Assembly: GCA_002633005.1 (NCBI GenBank)
Contig: NMRA01000004.1
Location: 238,353 to 302,352, forward strand
Origin: Phoronis australis
Lineage: Eukaryota; Animalia; Phoronida
Direction: 5' to 3'
DNA length: 64,000 nucleotides
The translations under genes and the position numbers were made by a program. The notes beneath the pieces are model-generated. The model was not told the DNA's origin. It was given only the letters and a program-made list of their open reading frames with translations, and did not search any database. Positions 15,101-30,100 of the stretch are shown here, piece after piece (position 1 is the first letter of the stretch; each line of letters starts with the position of its first letter).

Positions 15101-18100
15101 TGGAGAAACATTGACAAAATGGGCAAAATTCATTTTTGACAGTGGCATTCTCAAGGCTAACAGGTCTAAAAATAAAAATCCCAAGCAAGCTTTTGTAGCA
15201 AATAGAATAAAGAAACAGAATTTAAAATTTTCAAGTGAAAAATTGACATAGGAAAAAATTATAGTGATTTCTGTGAAAAAATCAAAATGTTTTAGAAAAA
15301 ACGTACATTAATGAAATTCTATGATCAAGGTTTACAGTTTTACAGATCTACATATAATCAATTCTGAAAAAGTTATTTAATTGATACTTTGTAACAAAGG
15401 CAGCCAATTACCTTAACAAATTACCTGGTACTCAACAATTCATATCAGTGATTCACAACCATGTGTTCATTGTAAACAGAGGAATCACTGAGACCTTTTA
15501 TGGACCAATATCTTTAAAAATGGTGTTGACAGTAACAAAATCAAAAATAATGTTTCAAAGCTAGTTTTAAGGCAAATTAAAACTTTACTAAAGTCTCTAA
15601 CAGGTGTCTTCATTTTGGCAAACTTTATTTATCATAAAACAAGATATTGACTCACAGAATCTTTTTCTTTTACTTCTTGCACAGGTTTTCTCTGCAATTC
15701 AATAACACCACTGGCCATCAAGGAATAAAGATTATAGCCATGATCCCAAATGTAATAGAGTATGTATAATTTTAAAAAATTATAAGTGCCACAGCTGCAA
15801 ATACGAATTACAGTAGTCACTTTGCTGAACACTGAGGGTTCCCGCAGGTTAAAATTGCAAGAATCATAAGCCTGCAGCCATACATATTTCACAAATCTAA
15901 GTTTGTGTACAATTCATACAAGCATTTAATCCCCAGTGCCTCATTCGCACATTTTAACCTAATGACAGCTAGAAAGACCTGAACTGTTCATAAATAATTT
16001 TAGATGTTTAATTAAAACACAAGTTGACTTCTCACTTGAAACGATTCTTTCTTAGGTAAGGGCTTTGTCACAGATTTATCCTCCTGAAAAAGGTACACAT
16101 TCACTTGTTAAGGCTTAAATCCCAATGAATGATTAGGAGACTGTAATCTGTTTCAAGAATCATTTGGAAACGAAACCAGCTTAATTCTGATCACTGCTTC
16201 CTACCAATCAAACGATTTACGCATCAATTCCAGTTTCTGTCCTCTGAGGTCTTCAGGGTTGATGATTTGTCAACTGTCACTTCTGAGTATGGTATGAGTG
16301 AAGACCAGTGTTATAGCGGTAATAGGGTCTTACAAGGTAAGTAACAAACCAGTGCTCAAAATCCGAGACCCCTGTAAGTGACATGTCATTATAACAGTAG
16401 GGGGTTCAATTCAAGAGTTAGTGTTTTGTAGCAGAAAAATTGAGAAAGGTCAGGGGTGCATTAGGAATGCAACCAGTGCTCATCGGATGTGTAACAAATC
16501 AGTAGAGGTCAAGTGCATTGCTAGAGGAAAAATTCCATGACCAACTCTAAATTTCTACACCTCAAGGACAGAAATGGCCAATAAATAAGATAATCACGAC
16601 TTTCTAAGTACTGACTTAACATATGACAATCTTGCGTCTTTTAACAAGTTTGCATTGACATTGCACCAGAAGAAAAAAGACATACTAATCATGCAATCTT
16701 ATCAGCATCACTGACTTACAGGTTTCTTCATTTTTGATGATTTTCTAACAAGCGGTTCACTCTGTAAGAATTGGAAGTGTGATGAATACCGAAAAATGAC
16801 CCTTCATGAGAAGGTACATTGAGTATCTCTAGACTATTTCATTGGAGTGCAAGTGTTACGTAAAAATGTTTGTGAGATCCCATTTCATTTGCAAAATATA
16901 AACATTTCGCTGGGAAGTGCTAGCAATTAACAATACAACACTTTTTGTATCTGAAAGTTAGAAGTTCACAATCTAAGCTTTCAGTTTGGGTGGTCTTTAA
17001 TAAACTTGCATTTTAAAAGTTTTCCAGATTACATTGCAACAGTAACTATCATTGCACACTTGTTGCAGTGTTGATGAAACAAATGACTTAAAGGCACAAA
17101 AAATGAAAGAATCTCCTAATGACGGGGTGACAGGGCAGGGAACCAGTTGTGAAAGGGCAAGGAACCAGTTGAGACAGAGCAGGGAACCAGTTGCGAAAAC
17201 CTATGTAAAGTACAGTTCATGAATGCTGTCACGGCACCCTACACAAAGTTACAGAATAGGTCTATGAACTGCTAATTCTTTCAAAGCCAAAAAATCCGCT
17301 CAAACTTTGATGAATAACTCCAGGTCATTTTTAAAGCAGTAAATCGTCTTATTCAAAAGTTGGTAGTTTGCCATCCTAGATGGCCCAAAATTGGCACTTT
17401 GCAATTTTTAATTTCTAACTTGAATCGTGTTTCTCTGAACAGGCAATTTTTCATTTCAGAGATCGTAAATTGTGCAAAACTTATCTTTTAATGTCACATT
17501 CAGGCAACCAGGAATAAATTGGTGTGCTTCTCAGATTCAGTGGCTCGTCATGGTGGATCAGTTTCTGAACTGAACATTTGGTGTCAAGCAATAATGAAAT
17601 GTCAATTCTTTTAGCCTTCTAATCTGAGTAAGAATAAGGTTGAGACCAGTTTTGGAGCAATAAGTGGAGCTAAATGAAAATTTGATTTCTCTGTCGAAAT
17701 GCTGGTAATTTAAAGCCACTTTGATTGTATTTCATAAAGGTAAAACAGTTGATATCAGACATGCTTGTCGATATTCTGGGTGTACTTGTTACTCCTTAAA
17801 GGGAATGTAATCTATGTTTTACTCACACTTTGAGGACCAGCCAAATCAGTTTTATCAAACTGACGCTCAATCTGTAAGAAGTGTGGTCAATAGATCATAA
17901 GGAGTTTTCAATTCTGACATAAGTGAATAATTATCTTGTATCAATAACAGAGTAAACTGTTAGTCAAGATCAATATTAAAAGTCTTCACAGTATATTGAC
18001 ACTAATTACTACTAAAGCACCAGCTTCCCTGGCAGTGTAACTGAACACACTCAAAGTTTAACTCGAAATTCACTAATTACAGCACTATCAAGGCACAGAC

Positions 18101-21100
18101 TTGCCAACAGAACTATCTACAATTAGATGATCACGTGGGACCCCTATCCTAGAAACACCCCCACATTGATGATGAAGTGCAGGCAGTGTTCAATCTTAAT
18201 TCAGATGTTAAAAAGTGGTACAATCTAGTGAATATCAACTCCTTTTATGTACGTAATTTGTAACGGAACACCCAACATTTTTCTACTTTTTCTACAACTG
18301 TGACAATACTTGGGTAGCATCAAAGGTGGAACAGTGTGGGTGGGCATGCAGTGATCATACATATGTCAGTCTTACTTAAAACAAAAATGGCGGAACATGG
18401 CGAGTCAACTCTACCTTTTCCTGTTCTTTACTGAGACGGCGGTCGGATTTTTTTGACAGATCGTCAACAACAGTGGCCAGGTCAGACTGACTTCGTACAG
18501 CCTAACATGAGACAATTTCAAGCGATAAAATTTGAACAAACTCTTCATACAGGCAGCATTCCATAGAGCAAGTTCCTTGCGAGAAAAAGCAATCTGATCA
18601 CGCGAGTGATTACGCCAGTTCTCACCGGCGAGTGTCTTGCTCACCAAAACAGTCCCATTTACACTCGAGTGTCTTGCTCACCAGAACAGTCCCATTTACA
18701 CTCGAGTGTCTTGCTCACCAAAACAGTCCCATTTACACTCGAGTGTCTTGCTCACCAGAACAGTCCCATTTACACTCGAGTGTCTTGCTCACCAGAACAG
18801 TCCCATTTACACTCGAGTGTCTTGCTCACCAGAACAGTCCCATTTACACTCGAGTGTCTTGCTCACCAGAACAGTCCCATTTACACTCGAGTGGAAAAGC
18901 AACTGGTTGCCTCAGCAAGCGTCTGTTTCCCAAAACGTGGCCTAAGTCTTATGCTCGTACTTCACAATACTGAATAAAAGTTTAGTCTTGTCATAAGCTC
19001 ATCCCAGCCCAGAAATACTTGATGCAAAATCATTTCAGTAACTAACAATAATAGGAATATTTTCAGAGTCTATACAATTTTTTTCAGAGTGAAATTTAGT
19101 TGTTTTTTAGAAACAGTTGTGTGGAGAATAAGACCGCGTTTCTGACTTTAACAATTACTTTTCATAAAAATAGCTCCCAGGACTGAGTAACACTACAGGC
19201 TATTCCATATTCATACAGTATCTTGTTATCTATAAGGTACATGGCTGATTATTTTTTGTCGAATCACAAACCAAAAATTTCCATTTCTTATTAAGTTTCG
19301 GCGGTAAGCATCAAACTGGCCTTGAACAAATGATGTCTGGTTGCCTGTAGAGCGAAAAAAATCACATACCGGTACCTTTCAAAACCCACACCCTCTTTTA
19401 TAAAACCAAACATTTTTAAAAATGTTACACATTAAATTCAATCTAGTGTTTGGGAGTAGCTGAGACAGAATGCAGCAAAATAGACAGAATGGAAAGAAAA
19501 ACAAGAAGACAATATAAAAATTAACATGAATTCCGCAACAACATGACTGACAGGATGCGTTTTGTTGTACTAAGTTAAGACATACCGTAGAAAGCTTGTT
19601 TTCCAATTCTTCATTTTTGTCTTTCAGAAGCTGCATTTCTTTCATCAGGTCACCAACCAGCGACATTAACTGGAATAAAAAATATTATGTTATAGTTAAC
19701 TGGTGTAGCTACTTTCAAAAACTTTCTGAATTCAGTCATTAAGTTCACACCTCACATGCACGTATTTTGCGACATATGCCTACACCTGAATGAATTTTTC
19801 GAAAGCTAACTTTTGGTCAAGTGTTCCACAGAGCATGTGCACAGGCTAATATTCACCATTAGGCAAGCCAGTGTTTCAAATATAGGTGCATCTCTTAAAG
19901 TGCAGTTTACTATGTGTTTTAAGACAATACTTTTTAAACTCTTAAATTTCAACAACTAATGAGATGGACAACTCAACCTTTGAGTTACTCGCTTTTTAAC
20001 TAACTGCTTCTTACTTTCATTTAGTAATGTATGTGCACCTAAGTTCAGATATAGCTCCACACTTAGGCACAAGAGACCAAATATGCATTATAAAAGGTAG
20101 AAAATATCTTAACATGAGTGCAGCGATGAGGCATTATGGAAAACTAAAAATTTAGAAATACACAAATTTGAATGGTTGGATATAACGTGCTCGCATTTTG
20201 AGAACCAGTTTTCTCCACTAAATAATGGGCGTCAGACTGGTTCTCAAATTATGGGCACGTTATATTTGACCATTGCCCAAATTTGTACAAACACATTATG
20301 TTCATGAGAATGAGAACCAATACATCAAAGAGCTTCATTTCCTCCATCCACCTCTGTCTGCACACTAACATATGAATCAAGAATTATCGCCATGTTGCAC
20401 CAACGTAGTTTACTTGGTTTCAGGAATTATAGCTTAGCTTTAGTCCCTCGCAGTGCTAATTAAGTCAAGCTAAAATGAAGTAAAATCTAAAAACTTGGTG
20501 TATACAATGTTCCTAAGTAACATGCGAGATAAAATGAAAATGAGCTTCTCTCATGAGCAGGCTGTAAATTTTCACTGTCTCTTATCACCAAATATTCACC
20601 GATTATCACAAGGTCATTCTCTGATGCAAAATCACTTGGGATGAATATTCATAAATCTCAAGTTTCGCACGTAACCTTTAGCTTTCCATGTTTTGAATGC
20701 TGTAACCAGCTTCATAATACTAGTCAGTTATGAAAACAACTACATTTCGATTAAAGTTAATTATAAGCCATATATTCAGGTGTTGAAAACATCAATTCTC
20801 TTCACAGGCATATTTTTTGCCTTGTCAAAGCATTAAGTCATGATCATCGTGATCTTATCTTATGTTTAAATTGATGTTGGTTACAATAAATCATCTGAAA
20901 ATCTATACTGCCTTGGTGACAAAACTTTTTGAACCTGCCCTGACCACAACTTTTAAGATACGTTTATTGTATTTACAACCATAACATACAGAAGAAACAA
21001 TATAAATATTACCTCTGCACCTGGGTTTAAATGCACAAGCGTATTTTAATAAAGAACATACACACCCCATTTACACCGCAATCGACTATAGTCACACGTG

Positions 21101-24100
21101 TAATTATTAAATTGTTAGACAAAAAGTCCTATAGGGATCCATCTTTTTCTAAAATGTTCCTAATTCAAGCTCTTATAATAAATTACCTTTTTTATGTTAT
21201 AATATTCAAACATTCCATTTTCAGCCATTGCAAGCAGAGAGGTCTGGAATTTCACCTTTCTCTGTATATATGACGTAGGTTTTACAAAGCTAATAAGGAG
21301 ATTAATCGCACTTTCCCCACTTTCCCTAAGATAACATCTGTCAAACTCAAGCTAATAATGAACCCTATTTGGGCTGTAAACCAGTTGTTCACCAACTTCC
21401 AAAAATTCCGAATAACTTCACACTCCCAAAAAACATGGTAGAGATTTTCGGGCTCTTTTCCACTGAATGTACAGGGTGGTGAGTTAACTACATGTTTGTA
21501 CCTATTTTGAATGAAACAATTTGTTCTAAGAATTCTGTGATTAAGTCTAATTTGAAACCGTTTAACATTCTGTCAGTTCTCCACCATTCACCAGAAAGTT
21601 CTCTAATAAGTCTTCCCACTTATTTTGAAATTTTGGCTTTTTTGTATAAGCAAGTAACAAACTTATACAAAATGTTCTCGTTTTTACATGTGTTAAGTAA
21701 AGTGGTAATAAACTCTGGGTGATGAGGAAGAATGATTTTTGACAAATCCGCACGTTAAAGTAAGTTACGAACAACACATCGCATGCACGTGAATACAGTG
21801 AATGGTCAAGAAAATCCATAATAATTACAAAAGTCTTCATAAGACATCAAAATACAATTAGAATCTAACATATCGTAAATATATACAATGCCCTTGGCAT
21901 ACCAACCTTCATAAAATATGTATTTCTTGTCAACTGAGATTTTGGGATTAAACCAAATTGGCTCGTAGCGACTCATTGCCTTGCTAACAGTGAAAATTCC
22001 ACTCAATTCTCTAACATTTCGAAAAAACTCTTTATCCCAAAACTGATTCTTAATCAAAGCCACAAGAGAACAATGGCCTTACCAAAATGAAACACGTTGC
22101 GTGAAAGTAAGTGATTTGTAGTAATTAAAATTTTCTTCTAGGCCCTCTCCTCACTAAACATCAATCTTCTGAACCACGAAATTTGAAGAGATTTGATGAA
22201 TGACTTCGGCTGAACCACTTTGCACCCTCCCAGCGAAAAATCTTGAATCAAGGTAGTTCTCTTAATTTTGTCGGGTTTATTGTGCTAGATGAAACTGTAA
22301 AATAGCTTTTCAAGCAATTCAACGAACTTGCGATGCACATATCATTTATCTATTACTCGGGACATATATTGCTTATAAATTCAATTGTGTCATTTGACGG
22401 TAAGGGCAATGTTGTCAAGAGATGGAACAAATTTTGGCAGGGCAAAAGATTTAATGACAGTTATTTTGCCAAAAAGTGTTAGCGACCTTTTGGACCATCT
22501 TGTTAACGTCGATCAGATTTCATGAATTTTCTCATCATAGTTATTAGTTAACATTTGTCATAAATTAATATGAAATTTGATACCAAGAGCAGTAAATGAA
22601 TCTCTGCGCCAGAATAGATCAAATTCAGGATACAAACATAATGCACTGTTTCACTGAACCAATCCATACACAATGAGTTTTTCCTAAGGTGGGTTTCAAA
22701 CCATAGAACTTGTAAAACTGGTACAACAACTTCATAGAATGTTTTAGTGATTCGTTGGAGCCATCCGAACAAAGAACTGTATCATCAGCATACTGCAAAA
22801 TTTTTAACTGCAGTGAGGCTATATTGATATCTTTTATTTTATTATTTTGGCCAAACATTATGGCCATAACCTCAGCACAAATTATGAACAGATAGGAAGA
22901 GTGAGGGTCTTCTTGACTGCAGTAGCGACCAATTTCAAAAAACTGTGACGTGAAGCCATGTTGAATAATACAAAGTTTTGCACCTTTGTTCAGAAGGTGA
23001 ACCCAATTTATGAATTTTTTCCCAAAATTGAAAAAACCTTACGTGTTAAATTTCCATGAGACAGAATCAAAAGCTTTTTCAAAGTCTACCGTTACTAAGG
23101 AACCTGGGATACTATGTTTATCTGTGAAATGAAGTAGGTCGTATATTGTTCAATTTTTTCCAATAAATTTTCCCTTTATAAATCCCGATTGATCGTTGCT
23201 TATTAGTTTATTAATACGTTAGGCGAGACAGCCCGAGAGAATCTTGTAGCTCGTATTTAATAGGAAGATGGGATGCCAGTTGGCAAGATGCTCTCTTGTT
23301 TTTTCCCTTAGGAATAATAGAATTTACACCTTTGATGTTGGCTATCAGATATGCAGCTTTTAAGATGTTGGTCAGGCCAGGTTCAAAAAGTTTTAAAATG
23401 CACGTGGTTTGAAGCAATACCAATTTCTTAGTTCTTCGCAAGCAGGGACTCATCTAGGATTTGAAAAGTGGGCGTCTAAATTCGTGAGATTGACACTTGC
23501 CATATGTGGTGACTCCATATGAGGTCACACTGATGTCACAGGACAGGGAGGTATTTTGCTAAAAACTTGGCTGCCAGCACTTACTGATCGTCAGTGTGGC
23601 ATTTATGGTAGTCTGTGATTTAAATAAAAGTAGTGAAAATTAGTTTCTAGCAAATACCCCCTCTTATTTTTATACAGATGACCAAACACTAGGAAAAGAA
23701 GTTCATCTCAGGTATAGATCTCCTCCAGTGTTTCCCACGACCAGTTTCAACCTGTCGCTTTGACAGGTTTGCTGATGTTCCTATCAGGTTTGGGTAACCT
23801 GCACTGCAACATACGGGCTTTGTTTTTGCTGATAACAAAGAATGGCTGCCAGGTCGAATCCAGTTACGCCTTTCCGAAGGCTTTGGATTTTGAATTGTGG
23901 AGAACACTGTCCTCCCTTGCAATATTTAAAAATGTGAAGTACACATCATTTATATATGCCAGGAGGTATCTAGTTCACATGAAGTGAGTGTATCAAACTA
24001 AAGATTGTTTTTTGAAATTAAAATTTTGAAACATGAATTTCATTGGGTAGTCACTGAAAAGAGGTCATTAGAATACATCGCAAAAATGGACCCGTGACAA

Positions 24101-27100
24101 AAAAGAATCAATTTCTAGCTTCTTACTACAGACCTTAGCTTACAAAAAGATATATTATCACCCTTTTCAGATCATAAGAGTTCAGTCTTGAAAACACAGA
24201 TAAATCTCTAAGCCATCAACTGCACTTAGCAAACACACTCAAATTTGAACCACCCTATTCACCCAAGACAGTCTTATCAAATAAGAAATTCCAGAGCCTA
24301 TTTCATTAGAGCCTGCTAATCCATCTGCCAAATAAATACCATTAACAACAAGACATATTAAAGCAGCCTCATGTGGGTTGTGCCTTATCTCAAAACTCAA
24401 CTTTGAAAATCGGAATAAATTATATGGACAGTCACTGTCATCGCCTGGGAGACAGTAAATAGAATTATGTGGTAATATACAAAAATAATTCTTGACGAAT
24501 ATTGCTTGATTTCCAGGGTAACAAACAAGATGTAATATTGGTAACATTTTGGTCCGTAAAGCTTTAAATATTACCAAATAAACTGAAGATATCGGTATTT
24601 ACTATTTAGTATGGGTAAACAGATCTTCGTCTGAATGTTTCCACAATGTCTTCAAGCAGAAAACACTTGTTTTGACATTTTATTTGAACAAAAGATATAC
24701 GTTGAAGGATTATAGGTAAGTAATAAATTTTCTTGAAATCACTATAATTCTATTTCAAAAAAAGAAAAGACATGCAATTTTCAAATTCCTTGAATGACAG
24801 GAGTTTGGTTTCAGCATAAGGCAGCCTGAATTATTACCATAAATGAAAGTGCTGTGTGCAGAGCTCTAAATTGAAATACTACTAATCCTGTCTAAAAGCT
24901 TGAACGACTACTTCTGCTCAAAGTGACATTGTAATAGAGTTAAATCTGTTGTGATTTCAAAAGAAACCCTGACTACGTATTCAAAAGTGCAGTATAAACA
25001 ACTCTTGAATGTCCACTGAACAAATATAATTACGGGTAACTCGTTTTGAAAACATCAACTCTCTGTCTGTCGTTCTGCTAGTATTTGACCAAGGCAATAG
25101 TCACATTTCAAAAACCGGTTTAACGCCTGTTAAAGCTAGTCCAAAAATGTAGGACCGATGTAAATGACTATTACCTTTGACCACTACAGAAGTACCGTCT
25201 TTAACTAATATCAAAACATGGTTGTCATTTTCCATATCATACGTTCAGGGTGACCAATAATGAACCTATAAATTTTACAAAATTCCAACTCTTTATTATT
25301 TTAGAAAGAACAAATCCAAACAGGCTCTTAGTGTAAAACTCTGGAGGAATGTCATCACGAAGTTTTAGTCTTTGAAATATTAAAAAACTAACTGGACTTT
25401 TTTGACCCACCATTTACCAATTCTTTTCTGTTTACTATCGTTAAATGTACGGCAGTTACCATTTAACATAATTACATTTACTAAATCACAACACACAATA
25501 GATGTGACCACTTCTGGTGAGAATAAGAAAGGGTTAATACACCAGGAATAGTGTATTGTTCAAACATTCAGTTCAGCACAGCAAAAAAAGAATTCAGTGC
25601 TGCTATTTGAATAGTGTAGCCTTATATAGTTAGTTTATATGTTGCCATACAAGCAAACAACGTCATTGACTATACTAACAAAAATCACGGCATGAAGGTG
25701 GATGGAACATCAAACTGCTGAAATAAAGTTATACCATGTAAACAGAAAACCAGCTCAAGAAAGTAATTCTTTAAGACAGAGTGACATTAACATAAAGTAC
25801 AGTGATTAAAAATTCATAATTGTAGTAACATTGCCTTTTAAGTGACATTAACAACAAGAAATGTGATCTTCAGAAATCAACCTCAGCACTGATTCAAAAC
25901 TGTAGCCTTTCCCTACGTAACCAAACCTTCTATTCATTCACAAGCTCAACCTCACTCAATAAATTGCCGTATTGAACAAGTGAAGTCATCAGCCTTAACT
26001 TCAGTATGTATGACAGACATCAACAACAACTGGCGATTTGAAATGAATTCACAATAACAAAACTTGATGTTTTATAGCTCTGGTCAAAGTTAAAAAAAGT
26101 TCTTCAAAATCCGGCAATAATCACAAAAATGTATTTTTTGCCGTTAAACTGACAGTGTACCAAGAGCTTCATTTCAGACAAATATGCTATGTATGGTAAA
26201 AGATTTAAGCCTTCACAAAATAATCTTCCAAATGTTTCGTATATATTGAGGTTCCATTTAGTATATATTGAGGTTCCATTTATATACCTGAGGTTCCATT
26301 ACGTGGAGTGCTATAAAATATTTCAAATGCCATTGCTTGCCCAATACATAAAAGCAACCAGTACACATTTAAAATGTACATAAACAAAATTAACACCTTT
26401 TTAATTGCCTGCCAAACATCAGAAAGTTTCGTTCAAAGAACGTCTTAAAATTTTTGTATAATATTTATGACCCAAAGCTTCAACAGGAGGAAACACTTGA
26501 CAGGGTCTAGACACACCATAAAGGAGTTCAACAACATAGGTCTTTGTCATAAAAAATGATAAAACTTGCCATCAAAACGAGGACCTTGAAGATGATGTAG
26601 TCAAACATTACTAGATTGCTGGCAAATTACATAGACAAAGTCTCACCAATTTAGGGCACAAGGTGGTGGACAGTTGAAATTTTATTTCCTCGTTTTTGTC
26701 ATAAAAGAAATGTCACGGCATGTTCAAATTTTGTGCCCTAGCTTCCATCAAACAATAGTTAGACAAATGTTGGGCATTTACGCCAATTCTGAAAATGAAA
26801 CGAGTCACGTTTGGCAATTGTTTTTGGCCAAATTTGGTGAGACATAAAGAGACCTGCTTGCAAGAAGTTAACGGTACAAATAGCAAGGCTATCGATTTTT
26901 GGTGAGTGTCGGTCTGCAGTTACTATAGAGAGAAATTGTGCAAAACCAATCCGGTAAATAAAACCTGAATTGCTTATGAATGATGCATCGTTAGCGGTGT
27001 ATCGCAAATAACAGATTGTTTATAAAGGAGTAATAAATCATTGATTAAGAGTATTTCAAACATCAGTTCAAACTGAGAGCTTGAAATTTTCGTTTGAGAA

Positions 27101-30100
27101 GGATAAATACACGAAAACAAATAAACAAATTACATATCCTGGAAATCGGAGATTCCATAATAGATAACCTAACTTAAATCTGAGAACTTCACATTTACAA
27201 AGGTATTTTATAAAAACATATACCGTAAATAGCACATTCATGTTTGCAAACTTGTACCAGAGTGACAAAACCAGATAAACCCGTATTTCCAAAAAGCCGA
27301 AAAAAAAACACTGCCCCCCCCCCCTAATAGATAGAAATTAATTAAGTGCCGTAGTCAACTGTCCTTGAATATTGGGAAATGGGGAGCAGAGCACCTTGTC
27401 AGTTGGTTTGTCTTGATGCTGTCTGGCAAGGGGTAATCCCCGAACAATGACAAGAATGACACTCATTTTCACTCACAGACATGTAATTGGATATAGACCA
27501 CTTCTAACTGATGGATAATGAAGCAGTAAACACCATAACTGGTGATCTTGGGCAAGTTAAACAGTGTATGCATAACACAGTGGTTGGCAATAGGTATATA
27601 AGGTAATATTTAAGGTAATATTTAATGTGTTGTCATAGGTAAATAATAAACAGCATTTAGGTCTTTTCCCATCAACCACAAGAGGTACCTGGACATTACT
27701 AGATAAGGGCCTAAACAATGTTGTCACAGGTACTAAATTACTCTCATTTAGTCTTACTATTGATTACTCCAGCTAAATACAACAAGAAGTTCATTGCAAT
27801 GTAAAGGCGGCCAAGCATACACTTGATTGGAAGGACAAAATTTTGCACCTGTCACTACAGCAACCATGTAGGATATTTCTACCAGAAAAGGTACCAATTC
27901 TCACTAAACAACAACCCATGAGTTCTGTCAAGAAAAATTTAATTTAAAACGACTACAGTAAAATCTCACCAATGGCGGACAAGTGAAATTTGATTTCCTC
28001 ACTTTTTCATAAAAGAAATGTAGCTCGTCAAGTTAATACTTTAGTTCTATCATCAGAGCAACTAACAGTTTGTCACTGCTTCAGACAAGACACATGAAGT
28101 TTGCTTTTATGTAAGGAGTGGTTAGATCAAATGCCATTATCGTTACTAGAGAAAATCGGGGTGTTTTCATTTCAATTCAAGCAAAATGATAACATTAAGA
28201 ATACAAGGATGCTGTTTTGAACAGGAAATGTGCTGGTGAAAAAAAAAATTTGACACATGACATGGTTTATAGCCATTTAAGAAATTTTATAACAAAACAT
28301 CTAGTTAAAGTTGACTTCTTCACTCAAAGACAAACAGCTAGTCAACAACAACCTGCCTCTATGATATGTGACACACTTTCACACAGCACATTATGGGGAA
28401 GATTGAGTTTTCACTTAACTATTATTAGATAGTAATCATACAAAGAACTAATTATCTGCTGAACTGAATCGGAAAATTTAGGTCAATAAAGAACCACACC
28501 TAGGACTACACCCTTAAGTTAAAGCAAAAAACAAAAACAAATCAACTTTATAAGACAAATTCAAGTGACAAAAAAGAAATAAAATATTAATAACCATACA
28601 ATCATGCATGCAACCCAACATTTAAAAAATATTGCAGATTGTTAAAAACATGAACAAACTATTGATTTGTTTGTCACATTCAGGTCGCAAAGAAATCTCC
28701 TAGAGATTTCAATCACACAAACTGAAAGTGTTTACTGTGTATACAAAAAGATTTTGAAATCACTCATGCAGTAAGCTGTGTTGAGGATGGGACTAACAGT
28801 CAGGTATTTCACGGTATTTTATCTAAACACTAGCTGAATGCGAATCCTGATGAAGACCTTGAAATACAATGTCTACATGAAAATTAAATTATAAAAACAT
28901 TTTAAGTAATTCAAATTAATCACCACCTGTTTAACGGGTATGTAGGAGAAGTTACTTAATTAGACTACGGTTAAACGTTACCAAGTTCACCAAATTAGCA
29001 AGATTTCACAGAAGTACCTGGAGATTAGAAGGTTCCAATCTATTCTGGCCTATAATTGGCAACAAAAATGACATTGAGAAACTTAGCAATAGAGTCAGGT
29101 CCAAACTAATTATTTTACTTCATTGATGTTCACCTTGTGGTGATAACTCCTTTATAAACTAAGTCTCTGTGTACCGTATAATGCACTGGGGTTACCCGTT
29201 TCAAACCAGTTGTATAACAGACCATTCACTTTATCTTCGTATTGTACTGTTCATAACATACTTAGAATAATTCATTAGATACTGAGTAATGGCAATACAG
29301 TCTTTACATGCGAAAGTAACAATATATTCCTTCACAGCGCCCTCATGTGGCAAACCAATATGTTAGGTATGATGCAAAGTAACAACATCTCTAAGGCGAG
29401 TCAACTCACATGACTTTCCAAATAAAGAAGACAATATAGTCAAGAATTTGGCTGTGTTATTGGCTTGCATGAAGGTGGCTGGAACAAGGCTAGAGCTGAA
29501 TGGGTGCCCACAACCGTCCTTCACATGTGACGGTGGGATGGTGGGGGCACTAGACGTTTCAACGCAAATTTGGTGCAAACTCACTGAAGCAGGACATTTT
29601 AAGTGTGGTCAATAGAGAGAGAGGGAGGGAGGGANTCTGGTCTGGTCTGTTGCACCCCTATTCCTTGGAAATTTTGATGTTTAATACGGGTGGCTAAAAT
29701 AAGGCCAAAGGTATGCCACCCTTGGGTAATTTATGAAGTGCATTGGTGACTGAAGATTTGAATGACATCCATTAATTTGAAACATAAATGTTGAGGGTTT
29801 AAAATTTAAATGATCCTTCTTTAACGATTTTGAGGAAGTTGAGTATGTAAACATGAAATTCTCGTCACCTATGTTCTGGTACTATTGGAAAACCAGCTAA
29901 CAGGTGGTGTGTTCAAAACAAGGGTTATCTGTAATTGTCACCGTCAAATATAAGCCTTGGATACTGAGAGCCAAACCTTACGTTTACGGTAATCGCAGAA
30001 CTGTAGCTCTAAGAGTGGAATGGTTCCTAAAATTAAGTGCTGCAGCAAAATTCAAGGATATTACCATGATATCAATTAAATACATGACCCCCAAGTAGTT

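Noticed and set aside
18411-18647. ENWRNHSRDQIAFSR resemblance to the alpha-amylase C-terminal motif
   Set aside because: Very short similarity with no other amylase sequence; ORF starts inside a minisatellite.
18629-18893. CRISPR-like 37-bp repeats and three repetitive ORFs
   Set aside because: Units are contiguous with no spacers, no cas genes, eukaryotic intron; ORFs arise because the unit has no stop codon.
28847-28885. CTGATGA...GAAA hammerhead candidates here and near 3565-3600 and 57377
   Set aside because: Stem II or the GAAA/cleavage triplet cannot be formed properly.
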